This document shows positions 26,570-35,887 of a DNA stretch of 64,000 nt, piece after piece. Source of the DNA: a virus; the IMG/VR virus record IMGVR_UViG_3300026484_000402, positions 1 to 64,000 of that record; one strand, 5' to 3'. Each line of letters starts with the position of its first letter. The stretch's first letter is position 1. The notes beneath the pieces were generated by a model, which saw nothing but the letters and a program-made list of their open reading frames with translations, made no database searches and was not told where the DNA came from. Made by a program: the position numbers and the translations under genes.

Positions 26570-26916
26570 CTTGCCTTACCTTCTCTAACGTCTACGTGAG
26601 TTCTACCAATATATCTTCCTATTCCATATTTGTTTGGATATTTACTTTCAAGATAATCAGCAACTGCATCTTGATTTTCCCCTAAATTTAAAACTACAAA
26701 ATCACATGCCATACCTTTTGTATGCATAGAATTTGGACTACCGCCTACAGCTTTGTTGTGCTCTATACATCTACACCCAGAGTTTATTTTAATAGGGGAA
26801 TTAAAATGTGCTCTAACATCTTCTAAAACCTCTAAAAGTTCACTATCCATAGCAGCAAAACCACAACCACATTTACATGCAAATTCACTTCTTTTAAAAT
26901 GCCCTTTACTATACAT
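26554..26916 (-). CDS. Endolysin, peptidase M15A (Peptidase_M15_3); start revised to MYSKG
   Basis: HFKRSEFACKCGC, SGCRC..HN..VGG, SMHTKGMACD, HVDVR; AAAGG SD before 26916. Confidence 0.9.
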   Translation of the reverse strand: MYSKGHFKRSEFACKCGCGFAAMDSELLEVLEDVRAHFNSPIKINSGCRCIEHNKAVGGSPNSMHTKGMACDFVVLNLGENQDAVADYLESKYPNKYGIGRYIGRTHVDVREGKARWDNR

Positions 26917-26924
26917 ATGTATCC

Positions 26925-26949
26925 TTTTTGTGTAATTATAACACAAAAA
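26925..26949 (-). promoter_or_regulatory. Endolysin promoter TGTTATAAT within a perfect 9-bp inverted repeat
   Basis: TTTTTGTGT-AATTATA-ACACAAAAA. Confidence 0.6.
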
Positions 26950-27071
26950 TAAAAGTCATTTTTTTGCATTAAAAATATCATATATCTTTTTAGAGGTAAT
27001 AAGAATAGAACATTTAATTGAATATATCCAAAAAATAAATTTTGAATTTTTAATGTCAGACAGGAAAAGAA

Positions 27072-27266
27072 CTACTTTCCCTTACGTTTCTTTTGCAACA
27101 AGAGTTTGTATTTTTTAATTCTTTCATTTATAAACTCTTTATCATCGTTAGCCATTCCAAAAATAGCTAGAACTTTTTTTAAATATGCAGTTTTAAGAAG
27201 AGACTTAAGCTCGTCTTCTGTATATCCGTTTTGTCTCGCTATAGCATCTTTTTCTTTAAGAGTCAT
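27072..27266 (-). CDS. Small basic hypothetical protein
   Basis: ATGA overlap with upstream gene. Confidence 0.6.
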   Translation of the reverse strand: MTLKEKDAIARQNGYTEDELKSLLKTAYLKKVLAIFGMANDDKEFINERIKKYKLLLQKKRKGK

Positions 27267-27856
27267 TTTTCAATCCTTTTTTTTATTTTTACAAATTCTA
27301 CACTATTTTTCCATTTGTCTGCAACAACACATTTTATTGCTTTTATCATATTGTTTATATTTGCAGCATACGCTTTTGCTTGAGCGCTTTTATAATGTGT
27401 GCCAGCATTATATGATGCCCATATTTGCATCCAATTGTTTTCACCTCTTATTTTCTGCCAACATCTTATTTCAGCAACAGCCTCAGCGAATGCAAAATCT
27501 AAATTTTCAATTAATCTAGTACATATCATATTTGCATTCACTCTTGTCCACCTCCATTCTTTATGTCTTCCGAATACGCTTTTAAGCCTATAGTGGAAAA
27601 TACCGCAACTTCCGCCATCTCCATCCCACATATCAATTTTGGCGAGCCCAGCTATTGATTCTTTCCAAGCTATTGCCGTGAGAGTATATTGCAAGTTGAC
27701 AGTTTCACCTTTTTTGAAAACTTCATATAAAAGTTTTTGTTGTGACAAAGAAAGCAAGTTAAATGCTCTTATATATTCCTTAACAGAATATACTTTATAA
27801 TTTGATGCAAATAAAAAACTAATAAATGTTAACGCAATTAGTACTTTTTTTATCAT
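27263..27856 (-). CDS. Lysozyme-like / lytic transglycosylase with N-terminal signal peptide
   Basis: MIKKVLIALTFISFLFAS leader; AIAWKES catalytic Glu; CGIFH; ASYNAG. Confidence 0.75.
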   Translation of the reverse strand: MIKKVLIALTFISFLFASNYKVYSVKEYIRAFNLLSLSQQKLLYEVFKKGETVNLQYTLTAIAWKESIAGLAKIDMWDGDGGSCGIFHYRLKSVFGRHKEWRWTRVNANMICTRLIENLDFAFAEAVAEIRCWQKIRGENNWMQIWASYNAGTHYKSAQAKAYAANINNMIKAIKCVVADKWKNSVEFVKIKKRIEK

Positions 27857-27999
27857 ATTTTTCTCGTTTTGTAAACTTTGCCGTCTTTAATAAACAGCAT
27901 TATTTTCTTAAACGTTAAAATTAGACTGTCTTCAGTCCTTTTAATTTTTAATGGTACACGACCATTTAAGGTATTTGTTAAAATATCAAAACCTTTCAT
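27853..27999 (-). CDS. Small hypothetical protein (start revised to MKGFD)
   Basis: AAGGAGG SD before 27999. Confidence 0.55.
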   Translation of the reverse strand: MKGFDILTNTLNGRVPLKIKRTEDSLILTFKKIMLFIKDGKVYKTRKI

Positions 28000-28064
28000 T
28001 AGTCCTCCTTTCATAATATTCGAAACTGGGCTCATATATATATAACATGAAAAAACCTTTTTTC

Positions 28065-28670
28065 CTAATTTGCTGAACTATTAATTGTAGTTTCATTTAA
28101 AGAAGTAGCAATTTCAGATGTGGTTATTTTTGAGTTAATAGACGAAGGTGATAAAAAGGACGAAGAGCTAGGCGAGGTAGTGTTAAAATTAAAAGCCTTA
28201 CTAGTGAATGTATATTTATTGAATCTTTTTGAATTATTCATATTAAACGGAGAAACTGTTTTTGATTTATCTATTTCTATAAAACCTATAGAGTCTATTT
28301 CGTCGGCTTTAAAACAATATAATTTATCATATATTTTTTCGGCATTAAAAAACATATTCCTTCCGTCAACAGTAAACACAGATATTGGTATTGCATCAGG
28401 GTTTTTATTTTTTATATCATAAACAAATATATAATATGAAATAGCCCCTTTTATCATTACTTGAAATGACTTTTCTCCCATTACTATATAGTATCCGTCA
28501 TTTGCGGCCAAAAATTTAAGAATATACTTTCCGTTATATTCAGATTGCTCTAAATTTAATTCTGTAGATTTTTCTCCGTTAAAATATACAACTGTAATAG
28601 TCTTAGGGTTAGTGGTTTTAATAAACCCGTATAACCCTGTGATAGGAATAAAAGTTTTTATATGTTTCAA
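28065..28670 (-). CDS. Putative virion structural protein (beta-rich, Ser/Thr tail)
   Basis: Follows the 562-aa beta-rich gene; composition. Confidence 0.45.
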   Translation of the reverse strand: MKHIKTFIPITGLYGFIKTTNPKTITVVYFNGEKSTELNLEQSEYNGKYILKFLAANDGYYIVMGEKSFQVMIKGAISYYIFVYDIKNKNPDAIPISVFTVDGRNMFFNAEKIYDKLYCFKADEIDSIGFIEIDKSKTVSPFNMNNSKRFNKYTFTSKAFNFNTTSPSSSSFLSPSSINSKITTSEIATSLNETTINSSAN

Positions 28671-28671
28671 T

Positions 28672-30360
28672 TTACACCTGCTTGTAAGAATTTCCTATTT
28701 TAAGTATTCCATGATTATTAGGATTAAGAACTGCATACATTAATCCTTCTTCTCCATAAGTAGCTGTTCCGCTTTCAAGCTCATCCCCATCTATGCTTTT
28801 TAATACATAATTTAATGTAGTGTTTTCGGTATAATTAGGACTGTAAGCTATAACAATGTTTTTTGAGTCTCCTACCTTAAAAATTTTTATTGCTTTATCT
28901 ATTTTTGCTATATACACGCAATCATTTAATTCAGCCGTAAATTCAGTACCATATATATTGTCAAACAATTGGTTCATTCCGGCAACTTGTATTTTTTCAA
29001 ATGTTCCATCCTGTTTCACAGCATACAATTTATATACCGGAACTGCTCCGCTTTTAGATATAACACTAAACGTTATTTTATCTCCTATACTATATTCTTC
29101 AGCGTTATCGCTTGCATTTACAGATGTTATTTCAGTAGATAATTTTTTAGTATTTCCTCCCGCATCTATAAGATATGCTTCAATAATATATTTACCAATT
29201 TGTTTCATTTCAAGGTCTATAGATATAGCATCGTTTCCGGCTAACTCTTCATATACTATATCTGTTTTTATATGTTCGTCTTTGCCTGCAATATTTACAA
29301 CATTTTGAATTACATACGAATCAAACACTACTCTCCATAAGATATTTGTAATGTTTTGTAAAGAATCGTTTTTTGATGATAAAATTATTGTATATATACC
29401 TATATCAGAATTATATTCTACGCCTAATGAAGCATCTATGTTTTCGGAGACAAATATTGTTTTTTTATCTTCAAAAGATACTTGTTTTCCATCTTCATCC
29501 AAACAATTGAATATTAGTTTTATTTCGTTGTTTTGATAACTATTACAAGTGGATATATTTATATTTTTCAAAGGAGTCGCAAAGTCTTTAATGGTTTCTG
29601 TTTTCTGTGTGTTTATAAACACATCTACGCTTTGTGGAATTAGGTTTTTGGATATGTATAAAGCAATAGGCATCATAGGTTTTACGGCATTACTATAAAT
29701 AGGGCTAAAATATGCAAATTGATATTTTATTTGATTAAGTGTTACAAATTCTTGTTCCTCATTTTCTCCGATTACTTTTATTTTAATGTTTGTTTCATCT
29801 GTAAACGTATCATCGGAAAAAACCAATCTTATATTTAAATCGTATTCCCCTTTTTGTAATCCCGTAAATCCATCAAAAGGAACTGCTCCATTTTCCGTTA
29901 GTTCTTCAATTAAGTATTTTCTTTGTGGAAAAATTATTTTATCTTTAAAACTATACATTACTTGGGGTGTTACTTGTATTTCATTTAAAGTTTCGTTTAT
30001 CTTTATAGTATATTCTTTTGTTATGTCAACTTTTATATCCGATTTTTTGATAAGCGATGTGGTTATATATTCAGAAACTTTATTATTGTTATTCTCAATC
30101 AATAAATTGTTAAGATAATTATGCATATGCAATCTGTTACTATCACCAGACCATAAACATATCAATATATCACTTCCATCGCTCCAAGGTGTTTCAAAAG
30201 ATGATTTATTAGGTATTTTAACTTCAGTTATATTTGATGTTATTTTAAAAACATCTCCTTCATAATTGTCTTTGCCGTTTGCATCAAAAATAAATAATTG
30301 ACCATATATTGTTTCACCTATTTCGTTAAAATTTAAAATGTCGACAATTATACTTTTCAT
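28672..30360 (-). CDS. Beta-rich (Ig/PKD-like) putative virion protein
   Basis: GEYDLNIRL and GKYIIEAYLIDAGGN Ig-like strand motifs. Confidence 0.5.
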   Translation of the reverse strand: MKSIIVDILNFNEIGETIYGQLFIFDANGKDNYEGDVFKITSNITEVKIPNKSSFETPWSDGSDILICLWSGDSNRLHMHNYLNNLLIENNNNKVSEYITTSLIKKSDIKVDITKEYTIKINETLNEIQVTPQVMYSFKDKIIFPQRKYLIEELTENGAVPFDGFTGLQKGEYDLNIRLVFSDDTFTDETNIKIKVIGENEEQEFVTLNQIKYQFAYFSPIYSNAVKPMMPIALYISKNLIPQSVDVFINTQKTETIKDFATPLKNINISTCNSYQNNEIKLIFNCLDEDGKQVSFEDKKTIFVSENIDASLGVEYNSDIGIYTIILSSKNDSLQNITNILWRVVFDSYVIQNVVNIAGKDEHIKTDIVYEELAGNDAISIDLEMKQIGKYIIEAYLIDAGGNTKKLSTEITSVNASDNAEEYSIGDKITFSVISKSGAVPVYKLYAVKQDGTFEKIQVAGMNQLFDNIYGTEFTAELNDCVYIAKIDKAIKIFKVGDSKNIVIAYSPNYTENTTLNYVLKSIDGDELESGTATYGEEGLMYAVLNPNNHGILKIGNSYKQV

Positions 30361-30410
30361 TTTTTTTCCTTTTTCTTATACGAGTGTTTTGATATTTTGT
30401 AATATTTTAT

Positions 30411-30416
30411 TATAAT
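30411..30416 (+). promoter_or_regulatory. -10 TATAAT for the RNAP subunit gene, inside a TTTGATA...TATCAAA inverted repeat
   Basis: Arms at 30388-30394 and 30431-30437, the latter running into the AAAGGA SD. Confidence 0.5.
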
Positions 30417-30447
30417 TGTAGCAAAAAGATTATCAAAGGAAAACTTT

Positions 30448-32187
30448 ATGGACGCTGTATCTGCTTTAAACAGTTTTCTTCCAGATGAATTTCATATTAA
30501 AAAAAGCGACTTACCACTTACAAAAGCAAAATTAAATAAGTTATTAACAGAATATGCTAAAAAATATCCTGACCACTACGCAAAAAATATACATAAAATA
30601 GGTGATTTAGGAGAAGAGTTGGCATACTTACACGGACATCACGTAGGTATAAATGATTTGCTGCACCCCAATAGAAAAAAAATAGAATCTTTTTTAGAAA
30701 AAGAAAATAAAAAACTGTCTTTAATGAGTACAGAAAAGAAAAAAGAACATTTAATAAAATTATTTGATAAAGTCCAAGAGTTAACTATGGAACCTGATGG
30801 CAACCATTTAGTTGACCAAGGAAAATCGAGAAGTAGAGGAAATCCAGCTACAATAACTAGAACAATTGGGGCTTCAGTATATACTGTAGATATGAATTCT
30901 GAGCCATTTCCTTTCCTAATTAAAAATTCATTATCATCAGGGTATAGGAGTCATGAAATGTTTGCTGCAGGTTCCCAAGCCAGATATGCAGCCGTACAAT
31001 CTGCTACTTCAACATCTGAACCTGGAGCTATGAGTAAAGTTTTAGTGGCTAACACAGAACATTTAAAAATATGTTGTAAAGACTGTGGCACTAAAAATGG
31101 TATTGAATATAAAATTGATGACTCCCAAATAATAGGAAGATATGAAGCAGGCACCAACAGATTAATAACTAAAGATTACGTTAATCAATTGAAAAAACAA
31201 AGAAAAAAAACAATAGTAGTAAGAGACCCTATTACTTGTCAAGCTAAAGACGGAATATGCGCAATGTGTTATGGACATAATGCAATGGGTAAATTATATG
31301 AACCAGGGCACAATATAGGCATTCAGGCTTCACAAACAGTAGGTGAAAAAGCAACTCAGCTTGTTTTGTCAGCTAAACATAACATAAAAGGTAAATTAAC
31401 ATCTAATATACCTACAGGTTTTGAAGCACAAAAAATCTTATTAAATACTCCTAAATCTTTTAGAGGGAAAGCCACTATATCAACTACAGATGGTAAAGTT
31501 GAAAAAATAGAAAGATTAAACACTGGTGGATATAATGTAGTAATAGCGGGGAAAACTCATTATATTTCTCCAGAAGTCAAACCAAAAGTCAAAGTTGGCG
31601 ATGAGGTTTTCAAAGGGCAAACGTTAAGCACAGGTTTAGCTTCCCCAAGAGAAATAATGGAGCATTCCGGAGTGTATCAAGCTAGAAAATATACCGTAGA
31701 TAAATTATATGAGGCAAATGGCGGAGATATAGATAAAAGAGTGTTTGGAGTTTTAGCAAGGGGATATTTGGAATTAGCTAAACATAAAAAAGATGAAATG
31801 CACGAATTACATAATTATGATGCATTATTGCACACTATAGAAGAGCCTAATACACATATTGTCAAGGTTTCAGATAGACAGATTACAAATAAATATCTAG
31901 CCCAGCCTTTTTTACATTATAGTCCTGGTACTAAAATTACACCTGGAATAGTTAAAAAAATGAAACAACACGGATTAAAAGAAGTAAAGGTATCTCATAA
32001 TCCATTTCCTATTGTACCAGTATATAAAACTTATGAACAAAAACCATTGGCAAATACAACAATTTGGCAGAAAATGAATTATAGAGGAATTAAAAAAGGA
32101 TTAACAGGAGAGCTTTTATATAATAAAGAAACTGATATCAATAGATTGCAAAGTGATAGGGCTAAATACACTCTTGGGAGATTGTAA
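30448..32187 (+). CDS. Multisubunit RNA polymerase beta-prime C-terminal half (split subunit)
   Basis: SRGN, bridge-helix-like ARYAAVQSATSTSEPGAMSKVL, Zn site DCGT...RDPITC...GICAMCYG, trigger loop ASQTVGEKATQLVLSAKH; no NADFDGD. Confidence 0.9.
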   Translation: MDAVSALNSFLPDEFHIKKSDLPLTKAKLNKLLTEYAKKYPDHYAKNIHKIGDLGEELAYLHGHHVGINDLLHPNRKKIESFLEKENKKLSLMSTEKKKEHLIKLFDKVQELTMEPDGNHLVDQGKSRSRGNPATITRTIGASVYTVDMNSEPFPFLIKNSLSSGYRSHEMFAAGSQARYAAVQSATSTSEPGAMSKVLVANTEHLKICCKDCGTKNGIEYKIDDSQIIGRYEAGTNRLITKDYVNQLKKQRKKTIVVRDPITCQAKDGICAMCYGHNAMGKLYEPGHNIGIQASQTVGEKATQLVLSAKHNIKGKLTSNIPTGFEAQKILLNTPKSFRGKATISTTDGKVEKIERLNTGGYNVVIAGKTHYISPEVKPKVKVGDEVFKGQTLSTGLASPREIMEHSGVYQARKYTVDKLYEANGGDIDKRVFGVLARGYLELAKHKKDEMHELHNYDALLHTIEEPNTHIVKVSDRQITNKYLAQPFLHYSPGTKITPGIVKKMKQHGLKEVKVSHNPFPIVPVYKTYEQKPLANTTIWQKMNYRGIKKGLTGELLYNKETDINRLQSDRAKYTLGRL

Positions 32188-32225
32188 TGAATATTGATAA
32201 AAAAATAAAGCGGAAAGGATAAAGC

Positions 32226-32534
32226 ATGCGAAATTGGAGAAATTCAAGAGAATATAGAAAGTGGAGAGCTCAAGTTATACGCAGAGATGTTAAGTGTGTA
32301 ATATGTGGAAGTATTAAAAAAAGAGTTGCTCACCATTTAAATCATGCTAGTTATTTTATAGATGAAAGGTTTGATGTAGATAACGGTGTGTGTTTATGTG
32401 AAGAATGTCATATACAATTTCACAATAATTTTAAAAGAAATAATCGTGTAAAATGCACGAAATATGACTTTGATAATTTTGTGAAATTATTAAGATATGC
32501 AAAGGAGAAACTATGCTTTTCAGAATCAAATTAA
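32226..32534 (+). CDS. HNH endonuclease
   Basis: YRKWRAQVIRRD..CVICG..AHH..NGVCLCEECH..FH. Confidence 0.85.
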   Translation: MRNWRNSREYRKWRAQVIRRDVKCVICGSIKKRVAHHLNHASYFIDERFDVDNGVCLCEECHIQFHNNFKRNNRVKCTKYDFDNFVKLLRYAKEKLCFSESN

Positions 32535-32821
32535 TATTGGTAGGAATAGGAACTATTTTAATTACCTTTTTGGGCTTGTTTGCTAAATTAAAATCAACAG
32601 AACATCGTGTGGAAGATTTAGAGAATGAAAACGAGAATATTAAACAGCAAAATGAAGCTTTAAAACAAAATGTAGAAGTTAAAAAAGAAGAGCTTAACTT
32701 ATCAAACGTGCAGCATAAAATAGAAAAAGAATTTGATACTGCCCAAAAGAAAAAAGAAATTGAAATTGAAGAAAAAATTACAAAGGCTGAAGATGGTGAA
32801 AAAATTACTATTACTATTTAG
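32513..32821 (+). CDS. Inner-membrane spanin (Rz-like)
   Basis: N-terminal TM plus coiled coil; overlaps a lipoprotein gene. Confidence 0.7.
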   Translation: MLFRIKLILVGIGTILITFLGLFAKLKSTEHRVEDLENENENIKQQNEALKQNVEVKKEELNLSNVQHKIEKEFDTAQKKKEIEIEEKITKAEDGEKITITI

Positions 32822-33089
32822 TTCATTGTTTATTATCGGTTGTGCACAAAAAAAAGTTGTATATATAAAAAACAAATGCCCGTCTTTTAGGTATGAACCA
32901 AGCATCCCTAAAAGTAAGACTTTTACTTTTTCAAGTAAAAATGATAAAATTGTTTTATCAAAGCAGGATTTTAAAGAAATTTTAAAAAATTATTCTTTTA
33001 TGAAAAATGAACTAAATCAAACAAAAAAATATATAAAAGAATACAACAAAATGATACAAAGGATTAACAATGTCAGATATAGTAACTAA
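32793..33089 (+). CDS. Outer-membrane spanin lipoprotein (Rz1-like); start revised to MVKKLL
   Basis: Signal peptide with lipobox FIIGC; overlaps the 3' end of the i-spanin. Confidence 0.7.
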   Translation: MVKKLLLLFSSLFIIGCAQKKVVYIKNKCPSFRYEPSIPKSKTFTFSSKNDKIVLSKQDFKEILKNYSFMKNELNQTKKYIKEYNKMIQRINNVRYSN

Positions 33090-33630
33090 ATTGGAGAAAA
33101 TAGCTGAAGAGCTTCCTAAAATAGAAGACGCTATTGGGGCTAAAAACACATTGGAAAAAATAGCTTTTGCAGTTAAAGCGCTAGAAATAATAGACAATGG
33201 TGGAATGAGTAAAGAAGCAGCAGTGTCTAGCAATTCATTAAGCCAAATAGGTGGGACTATGGCTAAAGCGTTAGTTGCGGGTCTAGGTATAGGACTTGCT
33301 GGAGAAGCATTAGATATTGGTCATCAAAAAGTAAAAAAGATGTTTTTTGAGAGAAAATTGAATTCTTTAGCAAAAGCGGTAAAAAAGGAAGCCCCTGAAC
33401 TTAAACATACAGATGATGCAAAAATAAAGAAAATGCTAGAGGCTGGATATGAATTGGCCCCTGAAGTAATGGAAAATCCAACTCTTGCTGCAAGTTTTGT
33501 AAGCATAGGAAATAGTTTAGGTGGAAAAGTTGACCCTAATACGATGAAAATTTTCGCAGACATACATTCAAAATTAAATGGGAGAGGAAAGTTTTCCGAT
33601 AATTTAACATCAGGAATAGGACTTATATAA
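33070..33630 (+). CDS. K-x-A leader plus glycine-zipper putative internal virion protein
   Basis: EKIA x2 and KEAA, then ALVAGLGIGLAG. Confidence 0.6.
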   Translation: MSDIVTKLEKIAEELPKIEDAIGAKNTLEKIAFAVKALEIIDNGGMSKEAAVSSNSLSQIGGTMAKALVAGLGIGLAGEALDIGHQKVKKMFFERKLNSLAKAVKKEAPELKHTDDAKIKKMLEAGYELAPEVMENPTLAASFVSIGNSLGGKVDPNTMKIFADIHSKLNGRGKFSDNLTSGIGLI

Positions 33631-33639
33631 GGTGGTAAA

Positions 33640-34185
33640 ATGGGAGCTTATAAAATAAAACAAAAAACAAAAAAACCAAAATATAACATATTCAATATAC
33701 CTAAAATTAAAACAAATATTGATTTAGCTAAATATGACCCTGTTACTGGAGAGAAAATAGCACTAGATTCCAATTTAAATAATTCCGAACAAAATGTAAC
33801 CGGGAATGTTCCAAGTGCGTTATCTGGGAGAAAACAGGCTGATAAAAATGATTATTACAATTTAAGAAAAATGAAAATGGAAACTATGGCAGATGCTCTT
33901 CAAAGCAGAAAACAACCGGTGGATTTATTTGAAGCTGTAAAAAATGGAACAGTAGGAACTACTGCAGGGGTTGCGATAGGAAATATCTTGAATACTTCTA
34001 ATAGAGCTAAAGGTTTGTTGGGTCTGGGACTTGGAGGCGCTATTGCTGCGATGGATGTTAATAGACAACTTAGAAAATATAATAATCAAATGGCTGCTAG
34101 AGAAGCTTTAATTGGACAGCCAACAGATAGGGAAAAAGCTTACATGAAATTATTGAGAGAAAAATATTCACAAGGTAAAAAATAA
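33640..34185 (+). CDS. Glycine-zipper putative internal virion protein
   Basis: EKIA site; GTVGTTAGVAIG and GLLGLGLGGAIA. Confidence 0.6.
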   Translation: MGAYKIKQKTKKPKYNIFNIPKIKTNIDLAKYDPVTGEKIALDSNLNNSEQNVTGNVPSALSGRKQADKNDYYNLRKMKMETMADALQSRKQPVDLFEAVKNGTVGTTAGVAIGNILNTSNRAKGLLGLGLGGAIAAMDVNRQLRKYNNQMAAREALIGQPTDREKAYMKLLREKYSQGKK

Positions 34186-34709
34186 TGGATATTTTTAATT
34201 ATTCAGACACAGATTATTCTGCGATTTTGTATAAAGATTTTTTTGTAATTTATATGAACTTAATAAAATCAAAACTTAGAGATAATAATATTGATGAAAA
34301 AATAGTTAGGCTCATAGATGCAGATACAATAAATGTTAATAGAGCGCCTTTGATAATCCTTAAAAGAACACATAGTCCACAACCTCCTACAGGAGCATTA
34401 TTAAATGAAAGGCTTAACACTATAAATAACAAAAATATAATTAACAGTGTTTCATACCAAATGTTTAATTTGTTGATAACTTGCTATGGAAACACATATC
34501 TAGAATCTGAAAGACTTGCCAGTTTAGTAATAGAGTCAATAATTCTTTCATCAATAAACAAAATTAGGGCTTTAAGTGAAAACAGAATTATAGGTCACGA
34601 ATTTTTAAATTGGTCAGAAACAGGGTTAGTGTCACAAGATACTAAATTATTTGCAAGTTCTATAGAAATAAGAATAAGCACAATGTTTGAAACATCAACA
34701 GTGTTATAA
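34185..34709 (+). CDS. Putative tail completion/terminator-like protein
   Basis: 174 aa; PLIILKR...ITCYG...SERLASLV pattern; structural context. Confidence 0.4.
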   Translation: MDIFNYSDTDYSAILYKDFFVIYMNLIKSKLRDNNIDEKIVRLIDADTINVNRAPLIILKRTHSPQPPTGALLNERLNTINNKNIINSVSYQMFNLLITCYGNTYLESERLASLVIESIILSSINKIRALSENRIIGHEFLNWSETGLVSQDTKLFASSIEIRISTMFETSTVL

Positions 34710-34724
34710 AAAAAAGGAAGTAAT

Positions 34725-35657
34725 ATGAATTTATACCCTTTGTTTTTAGGAAATGGAAATTCCTCAGCAGGACATGGTTCTTTTACTTTAGCTATTAAGG
34801 CCACTTGCGAAACAATCCAGAATACAAATAATACGTATAAATTAAACGGAGAAGTAGCGAATTATGAATCTAATTCAAATCTAGAATTAAGTGGATTTAT
34901 AGCTGAGGGGTTGCCATATTATGCTATGTGGATGCAAACGGTAGATAATTCAATTGCATTAAATTTCTCTCTTTTGTCTGAGGAATATGAGATAGCGATT
35001 TTGGACCAGGAAGTAAATATACAACAACCAGATGTAATATTCACCTTTGAAGCCCTTCCCGCTTCTGTTAGTTTAAGTTGTATTTTGGAAGAAAAAGATT
35101 TCACTTCAACACTTTCTATAGGAGAAAACAAAATTATAGAAATTACCGAAAATGTTATAGAGTTAAATGAGAACAATGTTGTCTTTAACACTCAAGCAGG
35201 TAATATATACAGCACTCTTCTAGAGGAAACAATATATCCAACAAATATTAATGCAGAAATATTAAACAACAATATTACCATACTTGGATATGTAAATGGT
35301 GAATTTGTAAGCATTAACACCAATATCGATAAGAATTATGTAATAGAAATTAAAAAAGGATGGAACAACATTATAGTGCCAACCATTATAGCAAACAATA
35401 AAGAAATGAGAATTTATGATTTTGTAAACATATTGGCTAATTATATAGACAAAGAGCCTTATGAATTATTTGAAATCGCTTCATTCGTGGAAAATGATAC
35501 TGAAAACAATTTTATTATTACAAAAGAATTTGTTTCAAATGTTAATGGTCCAAATAATTTTAAACTATTTAAACAAATTAATAAAAAGATGTATCCTGTT
35601 CCATTCTTAATTAAATCTTTAGTTGATATTAATATTCCATTAAAAGAAGTGTTATGA
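34725..35657 (+). CDS. Putative virion structural protein
   Basis: Acidic, beta-rich; IEIKKGWNNIIVP motif. Confidence 0.45.
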   Translation: MNLYPLFLGNGNSSAGHGSFTLAIKATCETIQNTNNTYKLNGEVANYESNSNLELSGFIAEGLPYYAMWMQTVDNSIALNFSLLSEEYEIAILDQEVNIQQPDVIFTFEALPASVSLSCILEEKDFTSTLSIGENKIIEITENVIELNENNVVFNTQAGNIYSTLLEETIYPTNINAEILNNNITILGYVNGEFVSINTNIDKNYVIEIKKGWNNIIVPTIIANNKEMRIYDFVNILANYIDKEPYELFEIASFVENDTENNFIITKEFVSNVNGPNNFKLFKQINKKMYPVPFLIKSLVDINIPLKEVL

Positions 35658-35887
35658 CGTGTGTAAGAATTGATAACATTGGGGTTATACAAGAAATAAC
35701 CAGATACATGAGAGAAAAAGTGTTTATTTGTAGAAAAAGATATGTTTGTTTAAAAGCTAAAGATTTTGCTACAGAAAAAGTATATTTAAACGAATTAATG
35801 GATATTTTGAGAAATACGCCAATAAAAACAACTTTTGAAATAATGTATAATTATATAAAAGATGAAGGAGAATGTAATGCTCACTAA
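35654..35887 (+). CDS. Small hypothetical protein
   Basis: Overlaps both neighbours. Confidence 0.5.
   Translation: MTCVRIDNIGVIQEITRYMREKVFICRKRYVCLKAKDFATEKVYLNELMDILRNTPIKTTFEIMYNYIKDEGECNAH

Noticed and set aside
30448-32187. Host rpoC pseudogene or chromosomal contamination
   Set aside because: Intact ORF with its own promoter and SD, highly diverged from cellular RpoC and flanked by phage genes
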